From Candidatus Omnitrophota bacterium (lineage in GTDB: Bacteria > Omnitrophota > Gorgyraeia > Zapsychrales > Fredricksoniimonadaceae), in contig JAGWOI010000001.1 of NCBI GenBank assembly GCA_028870995.1, positions 26,273 through 90,272 of the forward strand: DNA of 64,000 bases. Direction: 5' to 3'. Positions 35,062 to 44,588 of the stretch are shown here, piece after piece (positions within the stretch are counted from its first letter, which is position 1; the number at the start of each line of letters is the position of its first letter). Made by a program: the position numbers and the translations under genes. The notes beneath the pieces were generated by a model. That model was not told the DNA's origin and did no database searches. It saw only the letters and a program-made list of their open reading frames with translations.

Positions 35062-36114
35062 CTACGACAGATAACTGGGGAATTTGGTGAATTCCCTGGC
35101 GTATTCCTTGGTGATGATGCCGTTTTTGATTAACCCGGAGAGGCATTGTTCAAAAGTGTACATGCCCTCATCACCGGCGGTCATTTGCCCCCGGAGCTCA
35201 AGAAAAGCCCCCCGGCGGATGATATTGCGCACCGACAGGGTGGGGATTAGGACTTCCGTGGCCAAAACCCTGGCTTCTTTGCCAGGCAAGGGGATCAAGA
35301 TTTGGCCGACAACAGCGATGAGATTTTCCGCCATCTGGACACGGATCTGGTCCTGCTTGCCCGGCGGATAAACGTCCAGGATGCGGTTGAGGGATTCCAC
35401 GGCGTCCGGCGCGTGCAGGGTGGTCAATACCAGATGGCCGGTCTCAGCGGTCGTCAGGGCCATGGAAATGGATTCCGCATCACGGATCTCACCGACGACC
35501 ACCACATCGGGGTCCTGGCGCAGGGCCGACTTCAAGGCGCTGGCAAAGGAACTTGTATTGGTGCCCACCTCGCGTTGGATGATCAGGCTCTTGTGAGAAT
35601 CGTGCACGTATTCTATGGGGTCTTCGATCATGACGATTTTAAACGGCCTGGCCCGGTTGATCCAGTCCACCATGAAATTCAATGTGGTGGTTTTTCCGCT
35701 GCCGGCGGAGCCGCAAATAATGATAAACCCTTTGCGCCGGTGCGCCAGTTTTTCGATGACCGGCGGCAGGCCCAGTTGCCTGGCCGTGGGGATAACGGTG
35801 GGAAGGATACGGATATTGGCCGCGGGCCGCCCCTTTTCAAAATGGGCGTTAACGCGGAAATTAAAATCTTTGACGCCGATATAAGAAAGGTCCATGTCCT
35901 GGACCTCCATAAACATCTTGCGCTGGCTGTCGGTCATCATATCGAACAGGAGGTTCATGATATCTTCAGATTTTAACGGCGGCAGTTCGGAGGGGCGCAA
36001 TTCGCCGTGAATCCGGAATACGGGGCAACGGCCGGCCACCAGGTGGATATCGGACGCCTGGCGTTCAATGGCTTTTTGCAGCAGGGGTACAATCTTGGTG
36101 TAATCCATAGCCAT
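35062..36114 (-). CDS. pilT: Type IV pilus retraction ATPase PilT
   Basis: Walker A GSAGSGKTTTLN. PilT/PilU family length and Asp/His boxes. Confidence 0.85.
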   Translation of the reverse strand: MAMDYTKIVPLLQKAIERQASDIHLVAGRCPVFRIHGELRPSELPPLKSEDIMNLLFDMMTDSQRKMFMEVQDMDLSYIGVKDFNFRVNAHFEKGRPAANIRILPTVIPTARQLGLPPVIEKLAHRRKGFIIICGSAGSGKTTTLNFMVDWINRARPFKIVMIEDPIEYVHDSHKSLIIQREVGTNTSSFASALKSALRQDPDVVVVGEIRDAESISMALTTAETGHLVLTTLHAPDAVESLNRILDVYPPGKQDQIRVQMAENLIAVVGQILIPLPGKEARVLATEVLIPTLSVRNIIRRGAFLELRGQMTAGDEGMYTFEQCLSGLIKNGIITKEYAREFTKFPSYLS

Positions 36115-36186
36115 AAGTTTACCATATAAATAAGGTTAAATACCATAAAGACGGGGTTAAGAGATGGTTAAGGCTAAAGCCTCTGG

Positions 36187-36215
36187 TTGACATTCCACAA
36201 AGCTGCCTTTATAAT
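36187..36215 (+). promoter_or_regulatory. Consensus sigma70 promoter (TTGACA, 17-nt spacer, TATAAT) upstream of hisC
   Basis: Exact consensus hexamers with 17-nt spacing about 38 nt upstream of the hisC ATG. Confidence 0.55.
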
Positions 36216-36252
36216 GCTCTGTCTTATTTTAATCTAGAATAAAGGTAGCGTC

Positions 36253-37335
36253 ATGCAGGTAGTTCATCCATATATTTTTAAGACCAAACCGTATGTGCCG
36301 GGCAAACCCATTGATGAAGTCAAGCGGGAGCTTGGCCTTAAAAACGTTATTAAGCTGGCCTCCAACGAGAATCCCTATCCGCCGTCCCCTAAGGTTTTGG
36401 CAGCATTAAATCAGGCGGCCCGGGAAGTCAACCGTTATCCGGACGGAGGCTGTTTTAATTTGCGCCGCAGCCTGGCCAAGAAACTTAAGGTGGATGAGGA
36501 TCAGTTGATCTTTGGCAACGGCTCGGATGAAATCATTTGCCTGGCTGTTAAAGCCTTTGCTGCCAAAGGTTATGATATTATCATCGCCAGGCCCTCGTTC
36601 TTGGTTTATGAAATCGCCTCGACCCTGGCAGGGGCGCGGGTGCACCAGGTTCCCCTTAAAGGTTTCCGGTATGACTTGGAAGCTATGAGGGCCAAGGTCA
36701 ATGGCCGCACCAAAATCATCTTTATCGGCAATCCGGATAACCCGGCCGGGACTTACATTAACCAGACCCAGGCCGAAGCATTCATGCGGTCGGTGCCTAA
36801 GGATGTACTGGTTTTCTTTGATGAGGCTTATTTTGAATACGTCCAGGCCAGGGATTATCCTGATACCTTGAGTTTGATGAATAAGCATTCCAATCTGATG
36901 GTGTCCAGGACCTTTTCCAAAATGTATGGATTGGCCGGATTGCGTATCGGTTATGGGATCGCCCATCCGGAGATCATTGATATTTTAAACCGCCTGCGCG
37001 AACCATTTAACGTCAACAGCCTGGCCCAGGCCGCGGCGACGGCGGTATTGGCCGACGGCACCTATTACCGTAACATCGCCAGGGAAATCAGCAGTCAGCG
37101 TGCCTTTCTTTACCGCAGCCTTGACCGTTTGAATATCCCTTATGAACAAAGTTTTACCAATTTTATTCTGGTGAATGTAGGAGCAGACAGCAGTCATGTG
37201 GCCGGCGCTCTTCTTAAGAAGGGCATTATCGTCCGTGACATGGCGGTGTGGGGGCTCCAAGGCTACATTCGGGTTTCGATCGGAAGCCCTGCAGAAAATA
37301 AACGTTTTATTAAAACCTTAGGAGAAATCGTATGA
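36253..37335 (+). CDS. hisC: Histidinol-phosphate aminotransferase
   Basis: Class II aminotransferase. PLP lysine region [16 protein letters not shown]-terminal ...[10 protein letters not shown]. Confidence 0.85.
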   Translation: MQVVHPYIFKTKPYVPGKPIDEVKRELGLKNVIKLASNENPYPPSPKVLAALNQAAREVNRYPDGGCFNLRRSLAKKLKVDEDQLIFGNGSDEIICLAVKAFAAKGYDIIIARPSFLVYEIASTLAGARVHQVPLKGFRYDLEAMRAKVNGRTKIIFIGNPDNPAGTYINQTQAEAFMRSVPKDVLVFFDEAYFEYVQARDYPDTLSLMNKHSNLMVSRTFSKMYGLAGLRIGYGIAHPEIIDILNRLREPFNVNSLAQAAATAVLADGTYYRNIAREISSQRAFLYRSLDRLNIPYEQSFTNFILVNVGADSSHVAGALLKKGIIVRDMAVWGLQGYIRVSIGSPAENKRFIKTLGEIV

Positions 37336-38348
37336 TCGTGATTTTACGCTCGGACGCCACTGAGGAGAACGTCCAGCATATCGTTGAGCGCGCCGGCAAG
37401 CTGGGATTGAAGGCGAATATTTCGCGGGGCGTGGAGCGCACCGTGATCGGTTTTATCGGGCCTGAAGATGCCTTACGGGTCATTCCCTTGGAAGTTTTTC
37501 CGGGAGTTGAGCAGGTCATGCAGGTGCTGGCCCCTTACAAACTGGTCTCCCGGGAGTTCAAGAAAGAAAATACGGTCATCAAACTTCCCTATAATATTTC
37601 CGTCGGGGACAAAAAGATCGCGGTGATGGCCGGGCCTTGCTCCATCGAAGGTTATGAAGGCCTGTTGTCCATTGCCAAGCTGGTCAAAGTCCTGGGGGCT
37701 AATATCCTGCGCGGAGGTGCCTTTAAACCGCGGACGTCGCCCTACGATTTCCAGGGCCTGGGTGAAGAGGGCCTGAAAATACTTCAGGCGGTGGGCAAGG
37801 AGGTTGGTATCTGCACGATTTCGGAGGTGATGGATACCCGCCAGGTGGATTTGGTTGCCAAATACGTCGATGTGCTGCAGATCGGCGCCCGCAATATGCA
37901 GAACTTTTCGTTATTGAAAGAAGTCGGATTGACCAAGAAGCCGGTGATGCTCAAGCGCGGAATGAGCGGCACCATCAAAGAGTGGCTGATGTCCGCCGAA
38001 TACCTGCTGGCCAACGGCAATTTTGATGTCATGCTTTGCGAGCGCGGCATCCGCACCTTTGAGACCGCCACCCGCAACACCCTCGACATCAATGCCGTGC
38101 CCGTGGCCAAGCGCCTGACGCATTTGCCCGTGGTGGTTGATCCCAGCCACGGCACCGGATCGTGGGAATATGTGGCCGCGGGAGCCCGTGCCGGTATTGC
38201 TGCCGGCTGCGACGCCTTGATGGTGGAGGTGCATGATAATCCCGAAGAAGCCCTGTCCGACGGAGCGCAATCGCTGATGCCGGATAAGTTTTCGGAGTTG
38301 ATGGAAGGATGCAAGCGGGTAGCCAAGGCCGTGGACAGAGACCTTTAA
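37332..38348 (+). CDS. aroF: 3-deoxy-7-phosphoheptulonate (DAHP) synthase, type I-beta with N-terminal regulatory domain
   Basis: Core [12 protein letters not shown]...[11 protein letters not shown]...[10 protein letters not shown] of the DAHPS/KDO8PS family. About 70-aa N-terminal ferredoxin-like extension. Confidence 0.75.
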   Translation: MIVILRSDATEENVQHIVERAGKLGLKANISRGVERTVIGFIGPEDALRVIPLEVFPGVEQVMQVLAPYKLVSREFKKENTVIKLPYNISVGDKKIAVMAGPCSIEGYEGLLSIAKLVKVLGANILRGGAFKPRTSPYDFQGLGEEGLKILQAVGKEVGICTISEVMDTRQVDLVAKYVDVLQIGARNMQNFSLLKEVGLTKKPVMLKRGMSGTIKEWLMSAEYLLANGNFDVMLCERGIRTFETATRNTLDINAVPVAKRLTHLPVVVDPSHGTGSWEYVAAGARAGIAAGCDALMVEVHDNPEEALSDGAQSLMPDKFSELMEGCKRVAKAVDRDL

Positions 38349-38358
38349 GGATAATCTT

Positions 38359-39213
38359 ATGTTTAATCGCAAAGAGCTTTTTAGAAGGGTTGCCATTGTA
38401 GGGGTGGGTTTCATGGGAGCTTCCTTGGGGCTGGCCGTTAAAAAGAAAGGCCTGGCCCGGGAAGTGATCGGCGTCGGCCGCCACGAGGCGGCGCTCAAAC
38501 AGGCCAAGGATCTGGGCGCCATCGACGAGTGGACCCTGGATTTTACCAAGGGGATCATCGGTGCCGATCTGATCATCCTGGCCACGCCGGTCAATACCAT
38601 CCTGGATTTCATCGAAATATTAGGCAAGCAGCACCGGCGAAACTGCATTATCACGGATTTGGGCTCGACCAAAAGCACCATCGTCGAGCGGGCTGAGAAG
38701 GTGCTGCATCACTCGGTGTTGTTTGTGGGTTCGCACCCGCTGGTCGGTTCGGAGAAAAAAGGGCCTGCCCATGCCAATGCCCAGCTTTATGAGGGCGGCG
38801 TGTGCGTAATGACACCAACGGACAAGACCAACCGCCTGGCCCGTGAAAAGATCAGGCAATTTTGGGTGCAATTGGGTTCGAACGTCAAATTGATGAAGCC
38901 CCAGGAGCATGATGAGGTCCTGGCCTACATCAGCCACCTGCCCCATTTGCTGGCCTTTGCCCTGATGAAGGCCATGCCGGACAATTTTTTGGAGTATGCC
39001 CCCCAGGGGCTTAAGGACACCACCCGGGTCGCGGCCTCGGACCCGGACATGTGGCGGGATATCGCCCTGACCAATCACAAGCCTATCCTCAAGGCCCTTG
39101 ATGATACCGTTAAGATATTGGCAGCGATGCGCAAAGCCATCGTGGGCCGCGACGCGGAGGTTTTGACGGACATTCTTAAAACAGCAAAGGACAAACGCAG
39201 ACGTTTGGATTAA
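38359..39213 (+). CDS. tyrA: Prephenate dehydrogenase
   Basis: N-terminal Rossmann VAIVGVGFMGASLG. TyrA family length. Confidence 0.8.
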   Translation: MFNRKELFRRVAIVGVGFMGASLGLAVKKKGLAREVIGVGRHEAALKQAKDLGAIDEWTLDFTKGIIGADLIILATPVNTILDFIEILGKQHRRNCIITDLGSTKSTIVERAEKVLHHSVLFVGSHPLVGSEKKGPAHANAQLYEGGVCVMTPTDKTNRLAREKIRQFWVQLGSNVKLMKPQEHDEVLAYISHLPHLLAFALMKAMPDNFLEYAPQGLKDTTRVAASDPDMWRDIALTNHKPILKALDDTVKILAAMRKAIVGRDAEVLTDILKTAKDKRRRLD

Positions 39214-39216
39214 ATT

Positions 39217-39888
39217 ATGCCCGTTAAACATTTGGTGATCACTTTAGACGGACCTGCCGGCGCAGGGAAAAGCACGGTGGCCAAGGCCCTGGCCAAGCGT
39301 TTGGGGATTTCTTACTTGGACACCGGCGCCATGTACCGCGCCCTGACCCTCAAGGCCCTGCGGCTGAACATGGACCTTTCCGACGAAGAGGCCCTGACGG
39401 AACTTGCCCGCCGGACAAGGATCGATTTTAAGGAAATGCCCGACGGTTCTTTGAATGTCACCCTGGACGGCGAGGACGTCTCCATGGAAATCCGCACGAT
39501 CGAGGTGACCAACAACACGCACTATGCCGCCAAAACTCCGGGAGTCAGAAGCCTGATGGTGGCCTGGCAGAGGGCCATAGGTCTGGCCCGTTCGGTGGTG
39601 ACCGACGGCCGCGACCAGGGCACGGTGGTCTTTACCGACGCCAGGTATAAGTTTTATGTCGACGCCGATGTTGAGGAGCGCGTTGGGCGCCGCTACCGGG
39701 AATTGATTGCCGCCGGCAAGCAGGTTGATCTGGAACAATTACGGGCCGACATGAAGGACCGTGACCAGAAGGATTTTAACCGCGCCGTAGGCCCTTTAAA
39801 AAAAGCCCCTGATGCCGTCACTGTTGACTCCACCGGTTTGACAGTCGAGGGCACGGTTGACAAGATCATGCGGTTGATTCAGCTTTGA
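39217..39888 (+). CDS. cmk: Cytidylate kinase
   Basis: ITLDGPAGAGKSTVAKALAKRLGISYLDTGAMYRA. Confidence 0.9.
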   Translation: MPVKHLVITLDGPAGAGKSTVAKALAKRLGISYLDTGAMYRALTLKALRLNMDLSDEEALTELARRTRIDFKEMPDGSLNVTLDGEDVSMEIRTIEVTNNTHYAAKTPGVRSLMVAWQRAIGLARSVVTDGRDQGTVVFTDARYKFYVDADVEERVGRRYRELIAAGKQVDLEQLRADMKDRDQKDFNRAVGPLKKAPDAVTVDSTGLTVEGTVDKIMRLIQL

Positions 39889-40004
39889 GCCGTGAGCGGT
39901 TTTTGGAAACAAAATTTCCCTGTCATTCATGAAGAACATCCATAATTTTTCCATCAATATTCCCTATTTCTTGCTTGTCGAAAGGGTGCTTTAAAGCGAA
40001 CGGT

Positions 40005-41789
40005 ATGAAAAATATCAGGAATTTCTCCATAATAGCACATATTGATCATGGCAAGTCCACCCTAGCGGACAGGTTTCTGCTCTTTGCCGGCGCCATCGAC
40101 GAGCGTAAGTTCCACAACCAGATGCTGGACGATATGGACCTTGAACGTGAGCGCGGGATCACCATTAAAGCCTCGGCGGTGCGTCTGAATTATAAGGCCA
40201 AGGACGGGCAGGACTACATTTTTAACCTCATCGACACGCCGGGGCATGTGGATTTTTCCTATGAAGTGGAAAAGTCCCTGCGCGCCTGTGAAGGCGCGCT
40301 GCTTTTGATCGACGTCACCCAGGGGGTCGAGTCGCAGACCATTGCCAATTACTACCTGGCCATCGACAATAACCTGGAAATCCTCCCGGTCATCAACAAG
40401 ATCGACATCGCCAATGCCGACATTGACGAAGCCAGGCGGCAGTTTGTCGAGATCCTGAAGTTCAAAGCCGACGACATCCAGATGGTTTCGGCCAAGGAAG
40501 GCATCAATATCGACGGGCTTTTTGAGAAGATCGTGAAATTCATCCCGGCTCCGGAAGGCGATCCCAAGGCGCCCTTGAAGGCCCTGATCTTCGACATGAA
40601 ATATGACATTTACAAGGGCATCATCATCTATATCCGCGTTCTTGACGGTACCATTTCCCCCGGCGTGCGCATCCGTTTCATGAACGTGGCCAAAGAGTTC
40701 GATGTGCAGGAGACGGGCATTTTTGCCCCAGCGATCCAGCCGGGCAAGGGGCTCTCTGCCGGTGAAGTCGGGTATATCACCTGCAACCTGCATGACCCCA
40801 AGGAAGTGCGCGTCGGCGACACCATCACCGAGGTGGCCAGGCCGACGGCCCACCCGCTGGAAGGTTACCGCCAGTTAAAGCCTTTGGTTTTTTGCGGCGT
40901 CTATCCGGTCAACGCGTCGGATTACGCGGGGCTGCGCGAAGCCATCGATAAATTACGTCTTTCCGATCCCAGCTTTGTTTATGAACATGAAAATTCTCAG
41001 TCTTTTGGCTATGGATTCCGCTGCGGTTTCTTGGGGCTTTTGCACATGGAGATCGTCCAGGAGCGTCTGGAACGCGAATACGATTTGAATCTGATCCTCA
41101 CCACCCCCAATGTCGGCTATAAGGTGGTCAAGCGCGACGGCTCGGTCATGGAACTGGAGAACCCTTCAGACCTGCCCAACGGTTCCGAAATTTCCCGTAT
41201 GGAAGAACCAGTCCTGGCCGTTTCCATCTTTACGCCTGTCACCACCATGGATGCCGTTATGGAACTGGCCAAACGCAAACGGGGGGTCTTCCAAAAAAGT
41301 GAATTTGTCGGCGACCGCATGAAGATCATTTTTGATATCCCGCTCTCCGAGGTTATTGTGGATTTCAATGACATGATCAAATCCGCCACCCGCGGGTACG
41401 GTTCCATTGATTATGAATTCAAGGAGTATGTGCAGGCCTCCATCACCCGCCTGGACATCCTGATCAACGACGAGGCCTGCGACGCATTTTCCTGTATGGT
41501 GCACAAGGAACGTGCCTATGAAAAGGGACTGGCCCTGGTTACCAAGCTTAAAGAGCTTATCCCCCAGCAGCTCTTCGAGGTGCGCATCCAGGCCCAGGCT
41601 GACGGCAGGATCATTTCATCGGCCCGCGTCAAGCCGGCCGGCAAGAATGTCACCGCCAAATGTTACGGCGGCGACATCACCCGTAAACGCAAATTATGGG
41701 AAAAACAGAAGGAAGGTAAGAAAAAACTCAAGCAAATCGGCAGGGTGGAAGTGCCTCAGGAGGCCTTCTTAGCCGCGCTGAAAATCTAA
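40005..41789 (+). CDS. lepA: Elongation factor 4 (LepA)
   Basis: IRNFSIIAHIDHGKSTLADR G1 motif, DTPGHVDF G3 and NKIDI G4. The internal Met at 40005 is preferred over the ORF-track start. Confidence 0.9.
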   Translation: MKNIRNFSIIAHIDHGKSTLADRFLLFAGAIDERKFHNQMLDDMDLERERGITIKASAVRLNYKAKDGQDYIFNLIDTPGHVDFSYEVEKSLRACEGALLLIDVTQGVESQTIANYYLAIDNNLEILPVINKIDIANADIDEARRQFVEILKFKADDIQMVSAKEGINIDGLFEKIVKFIPAPEGDPKAPLKALIFDMKYDIYKGIIIYIRVLDGTISPGVRIRFMNVAKEFDVQETGIFAPAIQPGKGLSAGEVGYITCNLHDPKEVRVGDTITEVARPTAHPLEGYRQLKPLVFCGVYPVNASDYAGLREAIDKLRLSDPSFVYEHENSQSFGYGFRCGFLGLLHMEIVQERLEREYDLNLILTTPNVGYKVVKRDGSVMELENPSDLPNGSEISRMEEPVLAVSIFTPVTTMDAVMELAKRKRGVFQKSEFVGDRMKIIFDIPLSEVIVDFNDMIKSATRGYGSIDYEFKEYVQASITRLDILINDEACDAFSCMVHKERAYEKGLALVTKLKELIPQQLFEVRIQAQADGRIISSARVKPAGKNVTAKCYGGDITRKRKLWEKQKEGKKKLKQIGRVEVPQEAFLAALKI

Positions 41790-41804
41790 GGACAGAAAAG
41801 ATCT

Positions 41805-42467
41805 ATGCCTAAAAACAAAAAGCCGAAATCAGCCGTACGCGAGTGGGTGGAATCCATCCTTATTGCTTTTGTATTGGCCGTGTTCATCCGCAGCTACTTT
41901 CTTCAACCCTTTAAAATCCCCAGCGGTTCCATGATCCCCACCCTTATTGTGGGGGACCATCTATTTGTGGACAAATGGACCTATGGGCCGCAGATCCTGC
42001 CGCCCATGTATTGGGACATCGGCGGACAGAACGGCCAGCCGCCGCTGTTGTCCATCCGCTGGCCCCAGAAACTGTTATCCTTGACCAAGCAGCGCCTGCC
42101 CGGCTTCAGGAAACCGCAGACGGGGGACATCATCGTTTTTGTTTATCCCCTTGATCCCACCAAGGACTTTATCAAGCGATTGATCGCGGTAGGCGGTGAG
42201 ACCGTTGAAATCAGGGACGGAAGTGTCTATATCAACGGCAAGAAGGTAACGGACCCGAGGATCACCAAGACCCATTATTTGAACCGGGGCGATTACGGAG
42301 CCGAAGGGGAAGTGGTGCGCGTGCCTCCCGGATATGTGTTCGTGATGGGGGACAATACCGCCTCCAGCTATGACAGCCGTTATTGGGGTTTTGTCCCCGA
42401 GGCCAATATTATCGGCAAGGCGGACGTTCTTTTCTGGCCCCTGAACCGCATCGGGATATTACGATGA
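41805..42467 (+). CDS. lepB: Signal peptidase I
   Basis: SGSMIPTL catalytic Ser box, K-box and GDNTASSYDSRYWG box E. Confidence 0.85.
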   Translation: MPKNKKPKSAVREWVESILIAFVLAVFIRSYFLQPFKIPSGSMIPTLIVGDHLFVDKWTYGPQILPPMYWDIGGQNGQPPLLSIRWPQKLLSLTKQRLPGFRKPQTGDIIVFVYPLDPTKDFIKRLIAVGGETVEIRDGSVYINGKKVTDPRITKTHYLNRGDYGAEGEVVRVPPGYVFVMGDNTASSYDSRYWGFVPEANIIGKADVLFWPLNRIGILR

Positions 42468-42811
42468 GAAAGAAGTATTTATTGGCGCCGGGTCTTGTTG
42501 TCCTGGCCGCCGCTCTGGCCGGCTGCCAGACAGCGCCGCGTAAGGCCGCGGCAGCGCCCCGTGAGGAGACCGTATCGGCCTTGACCACCGTGACTGAGGG
42601 GTTGACCAATCAGCCCGTGACCCAGGCGCAGTTTAAAAATCTGGCCCGACAGGTGGCCAAGGATCCCCAGGCGCGGTCGGCCTTGCGTTCCATCAATTCA
42701 GCTCTGGCTCCCGAGCACACCGTCAAGTATTGCCCGGAAGATGGGAAACGTTTCAGCCCGGACATGATCTGGTGCCCGGACCATAAAGTCAAACTCGAAT
42801 GGGTGGAGTAG
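42464..42811 (+). CDS. Small lipoprotein of unknown function
   Basis: Start at ATG 42464 (ATGA overlap with lepB). Lipobox LAGC. No known domain. Confidence 0.5.
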   Translation: MRKKYLLAPGLVVLAAALAGCQTAPRKAAAAPREETVSALTTVTEGLTNQPVTQAQFKNLARQVAKDPQARSALRSINSALAPEHTVKYCPEDGKRFSPDMIWCPDHKVKLEWVE

Positions 42812-42824
42812 GTGTTCTGGTAAA

Positions 42825-43394
42825 ATGGCCCTGACCTTTGCCAACAAAGTTACCGTAGGCCGGATCCTGATCGTCCCGTTTTTCATCGCCACGGTCATGT
42901 ACATTTCTCCCCGGCACGCATCGTTGCGCTGGTTGGCCCTGGGGCTGTTTCTGGTGGCCGTCATTTCCGATATCATCGACGGCTATATCGCCCGGACCCA
43001 CGGGCAGAAAACCCGTGCCGGCGCCATCCTCGATCCTTTGGCGGACAAGATGCTGCTGATCAGCGCTTTCATCTGCCTGTATATCAGGAGGGGGTATTTT
43101 ACCGATATCCATTTTCCTTTATGGTTTGTGGTGGGCATTATCAGCCGCGATGTGATACTATTGCTTGGCTCCATGATCATTCAGCTTGTCACCGGTAAAT
43201 TGGAGATCGAGGCCAATCAGGCCGGCAAGTTTACGGCGTTTTTGCAGATCGTCTGCATCCTTGGCGTCCTGCTGCAATTGAAATTCACCTTTGTATTCTG
43301 GTACGTGGCCCTGGTGGCCACCGTTGTTTCCGGCGTTATCTATATTAAGGAAGGGATCAAAGCCATCAATGAATCCGCTGTTTCTGGTCATTAG
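42825..43394 (+). CDS. pgsA: CDP-diacylglycerol--glycerol-3-phosphate 3-phosphatidyltransferase
   Basis: CDP-alcohol phosphatidyltransferase motif DIIDGYIARTHGQKTRAGAILDPLADK. Confidence 0.8.
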   Translation: MALTFANKVTVGRILIVPFFIATVMYISPRHASLRWLALGLFLVAVISDIIDGYIARTHGQKTRAGAILDPLADKMLLISAFICLYIRRGYFTDIHFPLWFVVGIISRDVILLLGSMIIQLVTGKLEIEANQAGKFTAFLQIVCILGVLLQLKFTFVFWYVALVATVVSGVIYIKEGIKAINESAVSGH

Positions 43395-44004
43395 TGCCGT
43401 ACTTGCCTATTGTATAGGCTCAATTCCGGTGGCCTACATTTTCGGCCGCCTGCTCAAGAATATCGACATCCGCGAGCACGGTTCCGGGAATATGGGGGCC
43501 ACCAATGCCTTCCGGGTTTTAGGCAAAGGTCCGGGAACGGCCGTCCTGGTGCTTGATATCATCAAAGGCATTGTCCCGGTAACTGTTTTGGCCAGCGCCT
43601 TTGGTTTAAGCGACCCTTTATCACTGGTTATTATTGCCGTGGCCGCGGTGGCCGGGCATAACTGGACCATGTTCCTGGGATTTAAGGGCGGCAAGGGCAT
43701 GGCCACAAGCCTGGGAGTTTTGATCGGTCTGGCCGTTCAATTGCCCGGCCTCAGGATCATTTTGGGAGCAGCCACCCTGGTGTGGCTGGTGTTGTTCCTG
43801 GCCACCGGTTTTGTCTCCCTGGCTTCGATCGCTGCGGCTGTTTCCTTACCTATTCTTATGGTGGTTTATGAAGCGCCCTTTGCCATGAAGGTCATGGCCA
43901 TCGTCTTGTGTATTGTCATCGTTTTCCGCCACCGCCCCAACATCAAGAGACTCGCCAAAGGCCAGGAAAACCGTGTCCAGATTTTCCGCAAACGCTCTTT
44001 CTAG
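43369..44004 (+). CDS. plsY: Glycerol-3-phosphate acyltransferase PlsY
   Basis: MNPLFLVISAVLAYCIGSIP...HGSGNMGATN...GGKG PlsY motifs. Internal Met start overlapping the pgsA 3' end. Confidence 0.8.
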   Translation: MNPLFLVISAVLAYCIGSIPVAYIFGRLLKNIDIREHGSGNMGATNAFRVLGKGPGTAVLVLDIIKGIVPVTVLASAFGLSDPLSLVIIAVAAVAGHNWTMFLGFKGGKGMATSLGVLIGLAVQLPGLRIILGAATLVWLVLFLATGFVSLASIAAAVSLPILMVVYEAPFAMKVMAIVLCIVIVFRHRPNIKRLAKGQENRVQIFRKRSF

Positions 44005-44195
44005 CATCCTTTCTGTTATTCCATTTTCTTAAAAATCTCACAGACCAGCAAACACCCCTCGTTACCTCCCGACGGGAACACCTTCAGAAAGCGCTTTCTC
44101 AAAAGCCTTCCGGTGACCTTGTTTTCATAAGGGTGCGTGGTACACTTCAATTAAGAGGCCATAGCAGGTTGGAAACAGGAGAGGGAGAATTTCAA

Positions 44196-44588
44196 ATGGA
44201 TTTTGACGATATGATGTTAACAGGCAAGGAATCGCCTATGCGCGACATTACCCATAAACAGACCGCAATCTTGGATGGCCGGGGCAAGGTGATCACCTTG
44301 CGCGAACATACCGATGAAAAAGAGTGCGTCACGGACGTGCGTAAGAATTTCATTTATGTGGCTGCTGAAGTGCCTATGGAAGAAAGGCCGGCGGCGCCGA
44401 AGGTGTATATCAAGAAATCTTTCGACAGTGTCACCCGCGATGAGAAGTTTTTCTTCCGGGTCAAAGGCATCCTGTATGTCAATCATTGCCGGCGCGTCAT
44501 GCAGGTGGCGTATTGTCATACGCTCAGGATCAATTTGCACTGGAAAGTCAAGACATCGACTCCCAAGAAGACCGTGACTATGGCCTAG
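44196..44588 (+). CDS. Hypothetical protein (130 aa)
   Basis: Strong RBS GGAGAGGGAG 8 nt upstream of ATG 44196. No recognised domain. Convergent with the GT2 gene. Confidence 0.45.
   Translation: MDFDDMMLTGKESPMRDITHKQTAILDGRGKVITLREHTDEKECVTDVRKNFIYVAAEVPMEERPAAPKVYIKKSFDSVTRDEKFFFRVKGILYVNHCRRVMQVAYCHTLRINLHWKVKTSTPKKTVTMA

Noticed and set aside
35302-35976. 224-aa plus-strand ORF antisense to pilT
   Set aside because: It lies inside pilT, whose product has a Walker A motif and PilT family features. The antisense product is Gly/His/Arg-rich nonsense.
39975-40004. ORF-track N-terminal extension of lepA (MSKGCFKANG)
   Set aside because: The conserved LepA N-terminus begins at MKNIRNFSIIAHIDHGKST. 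The internal ATG at 40005 matches orthologue starts.
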